Origin: Camelus ferus
Taxonomy: Eukaryota
NCBI RefSeq assembly: GCF_009834535.1
Contig: NC_045712.1
Location: 24,986,001-25,050,000 of the forward strand
Direction of reading: 5' to 3'
Length of the DNA: 64,000 nucleotides
The stretch's first letter is position 1. Each line of letters opens with the position of its first letter. A model generated the notes under the pieces. It was not told the origin of the DNA and made no database searches. It saw nothing but the letters and a program-made list of their open reading frames with translations. Both the position numbers and the translations under genes were made by a program. This document shows, in pieces, positions 35,991-48,537 of the stretch.

Positions 35991-37255
35991 AAGGTCTTCC
36001 TAGGATAAGAATGGGCCTGAGGCTTGTCCCTGGGCAGGCCCTTCGCACTGTGAAGCTAGATTGGGCCTCCCTGAGACTTAAAGACCTTCTCCTTTTATCC
36101 CTTCCACCCAGCCTGCAAGCTGAAGGCTCCTATCCTCCCTCACCCCCAGTTCTTCCTAGAGGAGAATGATCCTCTGTTTTGGTTCCTCACAGTGGTGGGG
36201 TTGGACCCTCTCTGGGTAGTGGCCGGGAAAGCAGGACTGGGCCCTAGTTTGGAGATGGGACCTGGGGAAAAAGACCCTCACCCAGGTATGTTTCCTAGAT
36301 CTGGAGCGCTGAACTCCCCGCTCCCCCAAGGGGCCCAGACCATAGCACTAGATTGGCCTGGCTCTGATGGGCCCCTGAGGACTGGCACTCAGGTGATGCT
36401 GGAGATTTTGCTGTAGATACTAGGGAGACCCATCAGTGGCAGTTTGGCTGCACCAGCCACATTGGCCAGGGAGGATGCAGCCTTTTTCCCTGTAAGCTCC
36501 CTCCTAGCCTAGGCATCTGCTATCTCAGGCTTTGGCCCTGGGCCAACAGTGTCTTCTGGAGTGAGACCAACATGCCCAGGCCTCCATCCTGCCTACTCTA
36601 GAACTTCTGGGTGAAGGCAAGGGCCTGATGTCTTCTTGCTGAACAAACCAGTGATGTTTCGGTATGGCTGCTCTTCTTAGGGTCTGACAGAGTAGCACTG
36701 GCCACCACCCACTCCCCATTTCCTTCTAGTAGACCCCAGACCCTAAGCAAGGGATTCTTCTAGCATATTATCCTCCCTTCCTCACACCAAGGTTGTTTAT
36801 CCCCATTTGGGAAGGGCACACTTCCCTGTGTTCTATGGCATTTGTTATGACCAGGTGTGGGGTTCCAGCGCAGCCTGTTCCCCTCTCCCTCTACACAGCT
36901 CCATGTNNNNNNNNNNNNNNNNNNNNNNNNNNNNNNNNNNNNNNNNNNNNNNNNNNNNNNNNNNNNNNNNNNNNNNNNNNNNNNNNNNNNNNNNNNNNNN
37001 NNNNNNNNNNNNNNNNNNNNNNNNNNNNNNNNNNNNNNNNNNNNNNCCTATGTTGAGTGTGTGGAGGTAGACCCAGATGGGGTCTGCTGTCATGGTGGGG
37101 GCTCTTGGGGGAGGAGCTGGGAGGAACAGGAAGGCTTCCTGGAGTAGGGCCCCTGAGCTGGCCCTCACTAGCCTCTGTTTCCATGGCAGGGCATCGTGAA
37201 GCTGGATCCCCCCCGCATCCACGTGGATTTCCCTGTGATCCTCTATGAGGTGTAA
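35662..37255 (+). CDS. TUSC2: Tumor suppressor candidate 2 (FUS1); 110 aa if exon 2 is 121 nt
   Basis: Exon 35662-35807 (MGASGSKARGLWPFAS..., Gly2 myristoylation motif); exon 2 begins at 36899 (C TCC ATG T) and runs into gap 36907-37046; exon 37190-37255 (GIVKLDPPRIHVDFPVILYEV*). Confidence 0.95.
36907..37046. other. N gap (140 nt), hides most of TUSC2 exon 2
   Basis: The gap begins 8 nt after the acceptor at 36898. Confidence 0.9.
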
Positions 37256-37357
37256 GCCTGGGGAGTGGCAGGCATAAACACCCCCTGCCTCAGCAAGAAA
37301 CCCCCAGGCTCAAGGTGTGGCTTCCATTGAGGAACCTAGGCTGGGGCCACAAACCTG

Positions 37358-37363
37358 AATAAA
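37358..37363 (+). terminator. TUSC2 proximal polyadenylation signal (AATAAA)
   Basis: AATAAA about 100 nt after the stop. Confidence 0.45.
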
Positions 37364-38388
37364 CTCCACGGGCCTGGAACCTTCAGCTGTAAGCGGGGCA
37401 GTCATACAATGTTGGTTGGGTGTTGGTTTGTATGTGGACAAGAGGTGGCTGGTGGCTGGCAAAGGCTGATGGCGGAGTTACCAGCCCACCTTCCCCAGCA
37501 ATCCCTTCAAGGAGCGTGGCAGGGCATATACTGGTCAGGAATGCCTGGGTCCTGTGCCCTTGTCTGGCCTGCTTTCTTCGAAGCTTGTCTAGGGCCCAGC
37601 TCTGCTAGAGGCTACAGCACTTTACAAGCAAGGTCTGCCTTTTTCCAGCCCCAAGGCTGTGGGAGCTATACACGAGTTGAAACTCCCTTTCCCTCACTTC
37701 TTTTACCCTCTCGTTGGAGCATTTCAGCCTGTTTGCTACCTCGATTCCTCCTGTGTTGGACAGAGGCTGGGGGCAGCGCAAGCCTTCTTCTTGCCCGTCT
37801 GTTCCCACCCCCAAATGGATGGACAGTTTGCTAGCTGGTAATAGGAGTAGAGGCTGGTGTGGGAGGCTTCTCCCTCTACCCAGGGCTGGGCTGATCCCTC
37901 CCCACTGTGACTAGTTGTTGTCCCACCCCACCGCCAAGTTGAGGGGACATAGGCTAGGGATCAGGAAGGGACCTGGATGCCTGTGCTTATGGGGAGTCGC
38001 CCCATTCTACCTACTCTGTCTAATCCCCCTTGCCCTTACATGTTCACTACCCTGTGGTAAGGGACAGCACCCCAGGGATGGTGCCAGTAGTTCTGAGGAG
38101 CCCACCACCCCTTCCCTACAGTATACCCATCCCTTCAGGATCAGTCAGGAGAAAGTACGGGAGCCCCTGGGTAGGGACAGAAAGGAGAGAACAACCATAA
38201 AAGGAATATTTAAAATGTGAAAGCTTGTAAATAATCTAGTCCGTGATGTTGTTGGGGCAGTCTGATTTCTACGTAGAAATGATTTTTTTTTTAATTCTTT
38301 ACCGTGCAAACTCTGTGCTTTAAGAGTGTTAAGAAATGGCTTGGGGAGGGTAGCCCTCAATATAAGAAGGCTGTTGTGTTATTTGTTC

Positions 38389-38394
38389 AATAAA
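38389..38394 (+). terminator. TUSC2 distal polyadenylation signal (AATAAA)
   Basis: AATAAA ending an AU-rich 3' UTR segment. Confidence 0.65.
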
Positions 38395-40529
38395 ATTATT
38401 TGTAGACCCTGCATACAAGAGTGACATCCTCTGAGGCTGTGACACCCAGTGTCTAGATCACTGCCTGAGCTCAGTAGGTAGGCCTGGTTCCAGGGCTCTA
38501 GCTGCCCCCATCTCCAGCAGGGCTCAGAGTGAGCCTGCGTGCAGCCTGCAGCCATCCCAGCCACGGCCAGCAGGTGGCAGTCTACTTACACGGACCTCAC
38601 CGCAGGCCTTCAGGATGGAGAGCCGCGCACTTGTGTATTGTGTGCAGTAAGTGGGGATCTCTGGTACTGGAAGGCCCTGGGATGCTTCACTAGGGATTGG
38701 CCCCACCTGCCTGACCTGAGTTGAGAGAGTGACCTCGGATAGGTCTGGAACAGTTGTCCTGCCCCCAGCAGTGCTAGCTGACTCCACATGAAGTCACAGC
38801 CTGAGCCGCTTGGACCTCCAAGGGCCAGCTTGAGGTGGACAGCAATCAGATGGGTGCCACCATGCCCGTGACCTACTGCGAGGTTCTGCAGCCCAAACCC
38901 ACTTGCCTCCTGCCTGTAGGTACTACCAGGAGAGTAGGCTTGGGGCTTCAGTTCCCGGAGGCAAAGCACAGCCACCCAGTACTTCCACTGGTCCCTTCTG
39001 CCTCTTCTCACCTGCTGCCTGCCCCTTGTGGACATTTGACCCACACTTCTCAGGTCCTGCTATGAGGCTGGTTCTTTGCTAGGTCAGGCCCTTGGCCATC
39101 AGCCCAACTCCCAGTCAGGGAGGAGGGAGTTCAGGGACACAGGCTGCTGGGTCTGGGAAGTTGGCCTGCCTGTCTTTTGGAGGTTTAAGCTTGTCAAGTC
39201 TGGAGCAGGATCACTCTGTGCAGCCTGGACTTGTCTTCTTGGAGTAACTTCCTATTTTCCCGACAAGATGCCAGGCTTTAAGGCCATGTCTTCCTCCACT
39301 GTCCCTCCTACTGACTGCCCCAGAGCCAGGGTTCTGCCATGCCAGATGGTATCCCATCACCACTGTCCCAGTGTAGGGGAACTCCCTGTGCTGGGCCTGT
39401 ACTAGCTGACCCCAAAGCTGGAAACAATGGGGGTCAGGGCAGTGCTTCCCCACTCCCTCCCACTGGGCTGCGCTCACTTCCTTCCTGCTGGCTGCCTGAG
39501 GAAGTGTCCCTGCCCTGGGACAGTCTGGCCTGGCCTTTGTTTCCCCAGGGGTCCCCCACCCTTGGTGCTTCCAAGGCCTGTGTCCTTTTTGGAGCCAGCA
39601 CTGTGGTCCAGGACACCACCCTCCCATACCATGTCCTAGACTCCTTGGTCATCAGGGGTAGACTCCAGAGTATGTGCCCACCTCCCCCAGTCTCCCACTC
39701 TTACACAGACTTCTGTTAGGAGAGAGGCCCTGGGCATCAAGGAGGTGGGCCAGTAGGGTAAAGGGGAATAGGCTCAGGGTGACTTGAGGGTGTACAGATT
39801 AGTCTGTAACTCTGGAGGGGCCTACTGGGACCCTGCTGCAGCCCTCCCTGGAGCCAGCCACATTTTGGGTACCCCCTTCCCAAGGAAATACACTCCTTTC
39901 CTCACCAATGTTGTAAGGAGACCCCTACTCTAAAGCATGTTAGTGAAATCCACCCAGGAATGTCCTCTGGTAGGAGAGAACCCTGCAGAATCCACTCTGT
40001 CCCTGCCCCACCCCCACCCCTCAGTCACCACATCAACACATTGTCCACTCTGTCACACACGGGATGCTTCCGCTCTCAGTGGAGAAAAATTGACTCAGCT
40101 CCTGTAAGTTCCCCCAACACCCCGACCCCCAGGGCTGGTTCCCTTCTTCACCACCTGCTTTGGGGAACAATCTGCCTAACATCCCCGTAGTTTGACTCCC
40201 CAGAGCACCACCACCAGGGCCCCTCCACTCACAAGCTGCTGGATTTGAGGAGGGGCCCTCAACCCCATGGGCAGGTTGGGGAGAACTTTCAGTGTTAAGG
40301 AAGCTGCCAGCATCGGGGAGGCTGGCACCTGAGTCAGGTTTCCCAGCCTTCCTGTCACCTGGCACATTTGGCATAGCCAGGGCCTACTCAGGGGAAGGGT
40401 GGGAAGGGCAGCCAGCCAGCAGGACAAGCCGGAGGGAAACAGGGTCAAGGAGGTCCCCTTCCCCCGCATTTGTTGCTGGCCCTTTCCTCTCTGAGGGGCA
40501 GCAGGAAGTGAGGAGAAAGGGCTGGGGTG

Positions 40530-42260
40530 GGAGGCGGGAGCGGGTGGGAGGGATAGGGTTTATCAAGTCGCCGGCGGGCTGCCCGGCGGGCAGCAGCTGG
40601 CGCGATTACCTTGGCTGGAGAGGTTTACCCAGGAAGGAGGGAGGCCGCCCACCTACTGGGCCGGCAGACTCCCACACAGGTGGGCCCGGCGCAGTCTGCA
40701 CCCCGGTGAGTACATGCGCTCACAGCTGCGCTCCCTCCCGCTCCTCAGACACCAGGGTGAGAAATGGGTTGGCAGACTCAGGACACTTGGGTAGCTGAGG
40801 ATCTCAGGGGAACGGATCAAGAAGAGTCGAGGATTCCTCGCCTCATTCCAGCTCCAAGCCTGCTGCCCAACGGAAGGGGCTTTAAGGGCAAAAGGACTCA
40901 GGATATCGGGTGGAGGTCCGGCGGAACTCCCCTAGCCGGGCCGGCTTTCCTAGGTCTAGCCAGGAACTTAAACAAGGGTGGCAGCTTCCTCAGAGTTGAA
41001 AGGGAGCCTTGGGGGCTCCCACTGACCTCCTCCGCCAGACTGTACAGGAGAGGACGGGAGCCCAAGGACTGACTTGTCTCAGATGCAGATCGGAGGCAGG
41101 GGGACGCCCTACAACCAGGGCCCGCTGGGCTTACTGGCCCGCCACAGGGCGGGCCAAGCCGCGACCCACAGCTCGTGTTGCCAGGACAACCACTGCCTCC
41201 GCCCAGCCTTGGAAGGGCTAACATGAGGGTGCTCGGCCCCCTCCCCGAGTCTGGAAGGGGGCGGGGCTTCCCTTCAGACCCGGGACAGAGGGAGGGAGCC
41301 CAGATCCGTGGGGGCGGGGCATTACTGTCCCGGAGGCAGGAGTTCGGCCCTGGTCACCCTCCCGCTTTCCATAAAAAGGGTGCCCTGGGCTGGAGGCTAC
41401 ACTCAGGGGTGCAGAGCCAGATTCGTACTGCCCTCAGCGAAGGCCTTGGAGTCCCACAGCACCTCCTTGTGGCCCGGCTGGGGAACGCCACCTCCTTTAT
41501 TCCCTCCCCGACCCCGCGTCCTTTATGCTGTCCCTTTAAGTGGCTGGCCCCCCTCCGTGGAGTAGAGAGGACTATACCACCGGCCGCGGGCTTCGGGGGG
41601 TGGATTTTGGGCTGACAGGCGTTCATGAATGAGACTCCAGAAGAAAGCCCTATTCGGAGGGGTGTCACGGTCCAACATGGGTGGCCACATTCCTCGGCGG
41701 AGGACCTGAGGACCTTGGAGCCCAAAATGCGGCACCGGCGGCGCAAAAGTCGGGCACACCTTCCCGCCCTGGCCGCAAGTCCAGCGCCGGGTCCGCCTCT
41801 GCTCTGGGTTCTTAAAGAGCCCGCGGGCTAGGGGCGGAGCCAGCAGAGGCGCCGAGCCGGGGCCTTCCCTAGTCGAGTGGCCGGAGCGGGCCAGGCTGGG
41901 GCGGGGATGGCGGTGGCCATGGTGCAGGTCCCGGCGGCGTCCCGCGCGAGGTGAGGGAGGGCAGTGATAGCCTTGCGGCTCTCTCTTCGCAGGTTCGGTT
42001 CTGAGACCCCAGGGATGCGCCTAAGGAGGCGACCCAGGGGCCCCACCCCCACACAGCCGGGTTCAGGCCCCACGTGCGGGGCGGGGGCGGGGTCCCGCAC
42101 AAAGACCAGGTGGAGTGGGCTTTCCCCCGGACCCCTCTGGCGGGCGGGTGCGTGCGTGCCTGGTGGCTGTGGAAGGAAAGGCCGGTCTGCCGGCGCCACC
42201 GTGGGAGATCCGCCGCTCCTTTGTCCCGGCAGGGCCTCCACCAAGCTTGGGAGAATGCGC
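40530..42260 (+). promoter_or_regulatory. HYAL2 CpG island with candidate non-coding first exons
   Basis: CpG-dense; candidate donors CCG|GTGAGT at 40705/40706 and GAG|GTGAGG at 41950/41951. Confidence 0.65.
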
Positions 42261-42844
42261 TGAGACAAAGTCCAGTAGCCTCACTCTTCTGCTGGGCGGG
42301 TGTTAAAAAAGATACCAGCTCTGGGGCTGTGTTCCAGCTTCTCAACTGCTGCATGAGCTGTGCCCTGCCTTACCCAAATGCTATGGTTTCTCAGGACCAA
42401 GAGTTCTTAACAGGTTACAGAGTGGGCCTTGGTTTAGGGGCTCTCAGAAACCATGTCTGGGGTGGTAAGCATCCATGTGTGAGTCTCTGAGCAGTGAGTC
42501 CATAGCTCAATTCTTCCAGTTCTCAGAGGGCTCACAGACCTAACAGAAGTTCCTGCCCAGCCTTAGGCCACCTGCTTCAGAAAGGAGCCCTGTGCTCCTG
42601 GCAGTGAGTTCCCAGGGTCTTGCCTTCCCTTCAGTGGCCTGTGGTCTCTCAGACCTGTTCTAGCCAGTGACAGCGTTTGAACAACCTTGGGCACAGTGCC
42701 CTACACGGTATGGGCTTAGGGTGTGTGGATGGGTTTGGAGTGGGCACCTCCAGGATTCTCTAGCCTAACTTGATCTCTCCCACCCTTCCCACAGTTCCTG
42801 AGCTGGTGCCAGGCAGGTGACACTGTCTTCCTGCAGCCCCCAGT

Positions 42845-45183
42845 ATGTGGGCAGGCCTTGGCCCCGCTGTCACACTGGCCCTGGTGGTGGTGGTGGTGGC
42901 ATGGGCCACGGAGCTCAAGCCCACAGCACCGCCCATCTTTACAGGCCGGCCCTTTGTGGTAGCATGGGATGTGCCCACACAAGACTGTGGCCCACGCCAC
43001 AAGGTGCCACTGGACCCAAAGGACATGAAGGCCTTTGATGTGCAAGCTTCACCTAACGAGGGTTTCGTGAACCAGAACATCACTATCTTCTACCATGACC
43101 GGCTGGGCATGTATCCACATTTCGATTCGATGGGGAGATCTGTGCATGGCGGTGTGCCACAGAACGGCAGCCTCTGGGTACACCTGAAGATGCTAAAGGG
43201 ACATGTGGAACACTACATTCGTACACAGGAGCCTGCAGGGCTGGCAGTCATCGACTGGGAGGACTGGCGGCCAGTGTGGGTGCGCAACTGGCGGGACAAG
43301 GATGTGTACCGCCAATTATCACGCCAGTTGGTGGCCAGTCGCCACCCCGACTGGCCACCAGACCGCGTAATCAAGCAGGCACAATATGAGTTTGAGTTCG
43401 CTGCACGGCAGTTCATGCTGGAAACACTGCGATTTGTCAAGGCATTTCGGCCTCGGCACCTATGGGGCTTCTACCTCTTCCCCGACTGTTATAACCACGA
43501 TTATGTGAAGAACGAGAAAACCTATACAGGCCGTTGCCCTGATGTTGAGGTCTCTCGAAACGACCAGCTGGCCTGGCTGTGGGCCGAGAGCACGGCCCTC
43601 TTCCCCTCTGTCTACCTGGAAGAGAAACTCGCTTCCTCCACTCATGGCCGCAACTTTGTCAGCTTCCGTGTTCAGGAGGCCCTTCGCGTGGCTCACACCC
43701 ACCACAGCAGCCATGCGCTCCCAGTCTATGTCTTCACGCGGCCCACCTATAGCCACGGACTCACAGGGCTTAGCGAGGTATGTGCCTCCCAGGGCCTTGC
43801 CTTCTTCCTAGGGAAACGACTGCAAATTCAAGGTACCAGGGGGCCTCCCCGCTCCCTCTGGTCTACCGGCTACTCTGCATCCCCCCACCTCATTCTCTCT
43901 CTAATCTGGTGAAAGGGTGGCATTGTTACCTCCATTTTGCAGATAAGAAAATTGAGGCCCAGAGATGCTGAGAAATTCACCCAGAGCTTCCCAGCAAATC
44001 CAGGGCAGAGCAGGGACTTGGGCCTAGCATTCTGACTTTGGACTGCATCCTGAGAGATACATACTAGGCTCAAGCCGCCCCTTGACGTGGGAATCGGAGG
44101 CCTAAAGTGGGGATGGGACTGGCTCAAACGTTTAAGGAGAAAGTGAAACTCCTTCTGCCTAGGGGTGATATGGGGAGGACAGGATTGGGGGTGGTCAGCA
44201 AGTCGAAACAGGCTAAGGCCTGCCCACCCTTCTGTCTGTTCTTCTCACCCTGTGGTTTCAGTCTTCCCCAGTGACCCTCTCCTTCTCACACAGATGGATC
44301 TCATCTCCACCATTGGCGAGAGTGCAGCCTTGGGTGCAGCTGGCGTCATCCTCTGGGGTGATGCGAGGTACACCATGGTAAGTAAGACCCACCCAGCCTA
44401 CTGGAGCCAAGTGTGCAGGGACAGGCAGAGAGTTTGGGCTTTGGGCTGCAAGTCTCAAAGTGGCCCCCTTGTCTGTCTCTCACCTAAGGCAGCCCCAGTC
44501 CCAACAGAGAAGAGCCACCTCTCCTGCTCCCTGGAAAGGGGACTTGTTGTCCCGAACAGCTATGGAGTTCCACCTTGCCCCCCTGCCCTGCTGGGTTCCA
44601 GCCCCTACCCCCACCCCCTGCTTAGAAGGAACAGGGACAGTGAGGGCTCAGGCTTGTGTGTGCACATGCGTGCACTGTTAAAAGAAGATAGTCACCACAG
44701 TGTGGACGCAGAGTTTCTATCTGGGCCTGTGAGCTGAGGCAGCTGACCTTGATCCCTGGCCTCTGCCCCCAGGAAACCTGCCAGCACCTCAAGGATTACC
44801 TGACACAGCTGCTGGTTCCCTACGTCGTCAATGTGTCCTGGGCCGCCCAGTATTGCAGCTGGGCCCAGTGCCATGGCCACGGGCGCTGTGTGCGCCGCGA
44901 CCCCAGCGCTAATACCTTCCTGCACCTCAGTGCCAGCAGCTTCCGCCTAGTGCCTAGCCACGACCCTGATGAGCCCCAGCTTCGACCAGAGGGGGAGCTC
45001 AGTCGGGCCGACCGCAACTACCTGCAGACGCACTTTCGCTGCCAGTGCTACTTAGGCTGGGGTGGCGAGCAATGCCAGTGGGACCGTAGGCGGGCAGCTG
45101 GGGGTGCCAGTGTGGCCTGGGCTGGGTCCCACCTCACTGGCCTGCTGGCTGTGTCAGCCCTGGCCCTCACCTGGACTTTGTAA
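42845..45183 (+). CDS. HYAL2: Hyaluronidase 2 (GH56, GPI-anchored), 475 aa
   Basis: Exons 42845-43777 (933 nt, catalytic AVIDWEDWRP), 44294-44377 (84 nt), 44773-45183 (EGF-like Cys domain and hydrophobic GPI signal). The acceptor of the first coding exon is at 42794/42795. (GTG)5 poly-Val in the signal peptide at 42884-42898. Confidence 0.97.
43915..44050 (-). mobile_element. MIR fragment in a HYAL2 intron
   Basis: CCATTTTGCAGATAAGAAAATTGAGGCCCAGAGA MIR core. Confidence 0.65.
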
Positions 45184-45479
45184 GGGTCTCTCACCCGGCT
45201 GTCAGCCAAGCTGGCCTCTGCCACAGGGGCTGTGCCAGGCATGTAGAAGCCTGCAAGGGGTGGACAGACTGGAGTCTGGAGGGGCAGAGCCCCTGGGATG
45301 CCCAGTAGGGTGTCCATGCCAGCTCCTACCCCCTGTTCTAAGGGGGAGGGGCAGTCCCCTGGGAGGCCCCTTCCTCCTGGCCGTAGGGGAAGAGGGGCAC
45401 AGCTGGGCCGGGGAGGACCTGACCCTTCTCCCCTGTCCCTGGGTAGTTTATTATTATTATTTTGGGGTCTCTTTTGTAA

Positions 45480-45485
45480 ATTAAA
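45480..45485 (+). terminator. HYAL2 polyadenylation signal (ATTAAA)
   Basis: ATTAAA about 300 nt after the stop. Confidence 0.6.
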
Positions 45486-47108
45486 TATAAGACAACTGCT
45501 TCTGTGCTTGGATCGTCTGCACCTGGACCAGGGCATGTACGAGAGATTTCAGGCTCTTCCGTATAAGGTTTGAAGTCAGTTCTGTCACTGTGAGACTCCT
45601 CAGCTGCGGACTTCTCATCTGTAAAATGCGTTCACTGGGACCTGGGGGCCCAGAGCTGCCCACTCTAGCTATCCCACTAGGACAGGGACCACTGGGAGTA
45701 GAGGGACTCACATTCCACCTCCAACACCGAGGACCTTGCTTTCTCCATATTAATTGGATGGCAGTTAGGTCCAACCTTCTGTTGAACCTATGAACGGGGC
45801 TCATTGTGCTGCTCCTCCTTGCCCCTGTACCCTGAGCTGGGCCAGTGCCGTTCGCCTCGCCTTGCCCACCCAAGGAGAAAGTGGAAAGCGGATGTTTGAT
45901 CTTCCCTGGCTGGGCAGGTAGCCAGACCACCCCTCCATGCTGTTTTCACAGGCAAGGATGTCTCCACCCACCCTTACCACCCCCCAACCCCTGCTCCTAA
46001 GGACCATGGATTCCAGCCACACGTACCTCTCCCTGTCTGGGTCAGAGAGAGGCAAGCAAGGCATTGGGATCTGAATCCTGAGGTCCAGTCCCTGTCCCAC
46101 CATAGAGATGCATGATGGAGGGATGGGGAGGCATCCTCAATGATCAGTTCTGTCCTGGCCATGGGAGAGCACGGCTTTTCCCCAGCTGTCCCAGGGGAGA
46201 GAAGTTGGAGCTGGAGCAGTCAGACTAGCTCTGACCTGCTTCACTCCCTCTGTTTCTTAAGCAAGTTACCCCTTCAGCCATCAAACCTATACCTGGGGTC
46301 CTGTTGTCCATACCAGTGATGACTCAGCCCCCACACTCGGGAAACACCTGCTCTGGGGAGACAGACTCAAGAGGCAGCCAGCAGTGAGGAGGGCACCCCA
46401 GCCACAAGGACTTAAGGGAAGTGTCCTTGAGGAAATGATTTCTACATTGAGTTTTAAAAGGTGAGGAGGAAACTCAGTGCTAGGAACAAAGTATGGGTAA
46501 AGGCTGGGGAAGTTCAGAACACTGATGGGGACACAGAGTTTGAGGCTGGGGTGTGACTGGGAGCCTGCTGCAGGCAGAGGCAGGAGGGGCAGCCCTGGAA
46601 CAGCCCCAAGCCTAATTGTGTCTGATGGCAGTGACTGTCTCACCTGTTCGGTGAACACACTGAGCACACACACATGCCAGGGCTGGGCTGGGTCCCAGGG
46701 AGGCAGTCATGAACCACACCAACAAAGACCCCATCCTCAGGGGGATGACAGTGTAAAGGGAGATGCTGGATAGTGGAGAGCGCTTCCCAGAGAAGCATCC
46801 AGGTGAGGGAATGGTGTGATTAGAGCCTGGAGAAGCAATCCCCACCAAATGGATCTCAATTCAGGTTGTAAAGCAATCCTCCATCCCCCTGTCTGCTGAT
46901 GGCAGAGAATGGAGAGAGCAGGGCTGGGTGGAAGCCCTGGGAGGGCGATGGCAGAGCACATGGTGGAGGAGGATGCCGAGGTGGGAGGGTTCCCAGCTGC
47001 TTGTGGCTGAGTTGGAGAGAGGTCTGCTGGAGAAGAGTGAGATTCAGGGGTTGGTCAATAAGGCCGCAAGGTGATAGAGTCAGTAGAGGGAGGGCAAGGA
47101 AGGGGGAG

Positions 47109-47341
47109 CTGTGACCTATCTCCCCCACACCTGTGACTTCCCTACCTGTGACCCCCACACACAGCTGTGACCTTACCTGCTTAGCTGTGACCCCCTACAT
47201 ACCTGTAACCCCCTATATGCAAAGCTGATTCCCCTACTTGTGTGACCCTACACAGCTCTTACCTTTCCCAAACCTCTGTGACCTCTACACTGCTTGTGAC
47301 CTGTACCTACCCTCCCATGACCCTCCATACAAACCTGTGAC
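47109..47341 (+). repeat. Degenerate minisatellite with a CTGTGACC core, about 11 copies
   Basis: Cores at 47109, 47131, 47146, 47165, 47185, 47203, 47240, 47276, 47294, about 47315 and 47334. Confidence 0.8.
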
Positions 47342-47534
47342 CACCTCACATCACTTCCCCAGGAGGACCTGGAAGACAGCCTTGGGAAAAGTACAACTTG
47401 GGAACAGAGCAGCAGGAACAGCTGTCCTATGGGTGGGGTGATGGGGAGTGAGGTGACTCAGGGGCCTGAGGTAACACAACCCGAGAGAGCAGGCATTGCT
47501 GCACCGGGAAGCTGGACTGACCTCCCATCTCCAC

Positions 47535-47580
47535 CACACACACACACACACACACACACTCACTCACTCACTCACTCACT
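47535..47580 (+). repeat. Compound microsatellite, about (CA)12 followed by (CACT)6
   Basis: Read directly from the sequence. Confidence 0.9.
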
Positions 47581-48537
47581 ACTGGAACCAATCCGACCAG
47601 TCCAGCTCCGCAGGAGCAGGCCTGTGGCAGGGCCCTGGGTGGAGGATGGCTTCAAGCCCCAGAGCTGCTTCTGCTATTCCACCATCATCGCTTCTCCATG
47701 GGGCTGAGTTGAGCTAGAGAATGCTGGCCTGCTGGTTGGCCCGGTTGTGCCAATTGCAGCCCTAGGTCTCTGGGAGTAACCTCAGAGTTACCCCAGTTTT
47801 GGGAGGTAGCATGGAGCCTTGGGGAGGGGGTCGGGGCTACCTCATGTTCTCCTGTCCCCTCAGCCCCTGGAGTTCTGCCAGGCTCTGTAACATTAATGGT
47901 CATCATTCTGGGACCCTGCTTTCTGAACAAGAGCCGTAGCTACCACCTCTGTGGCTAGATCCCATGTTTGGGTCGTGGCTGATGTGCCCACAGCCCCCAG
48001 TACCCTGGGCCCTCCTCCCCGTTAGCCCTGCCAGCTTCATTCTAGCGAGCCTGGACGGACCAATCCAGATGATAGCCAACTGGGTCACTGCTCCAGTGAC
48101 CACTGTGCCAGAGAGCCAAGACCTCAGATTCAGACTGAGCTGTAGATCCCAGCCGTGCTTTCACCTGGGCCTGGGACATGAGGTTTCCTTCACCCCACCC
48201 TGGCAGGCAAGCCTGGGCCTGGGCACTTAGCAGGTCTGTTACTAGCTTCTGAATCAGCAAGCAAGCAAGTGAAATCACAAAGGGATGAACAAACATGCCA
48301 TCACTGATATGCCTGTGCTCATACCATGATCACACAAACACAGGATTTCATGCTCGTAAGACAACAGGGTTCCATTCTCACATACACAAACACTCTACTG
48401 GAGTTTGTGGGGAAGCCCCGATGTCCAGTAACTGGGGCTTCACCAAGACATGGTCCCTGACCCAGCACGTATACAAATGGGGAAATGCAGCCCTGACTTC
48501 AGGAACACAGTGCCTTTCAGACACAGGTCCCTAGAGC

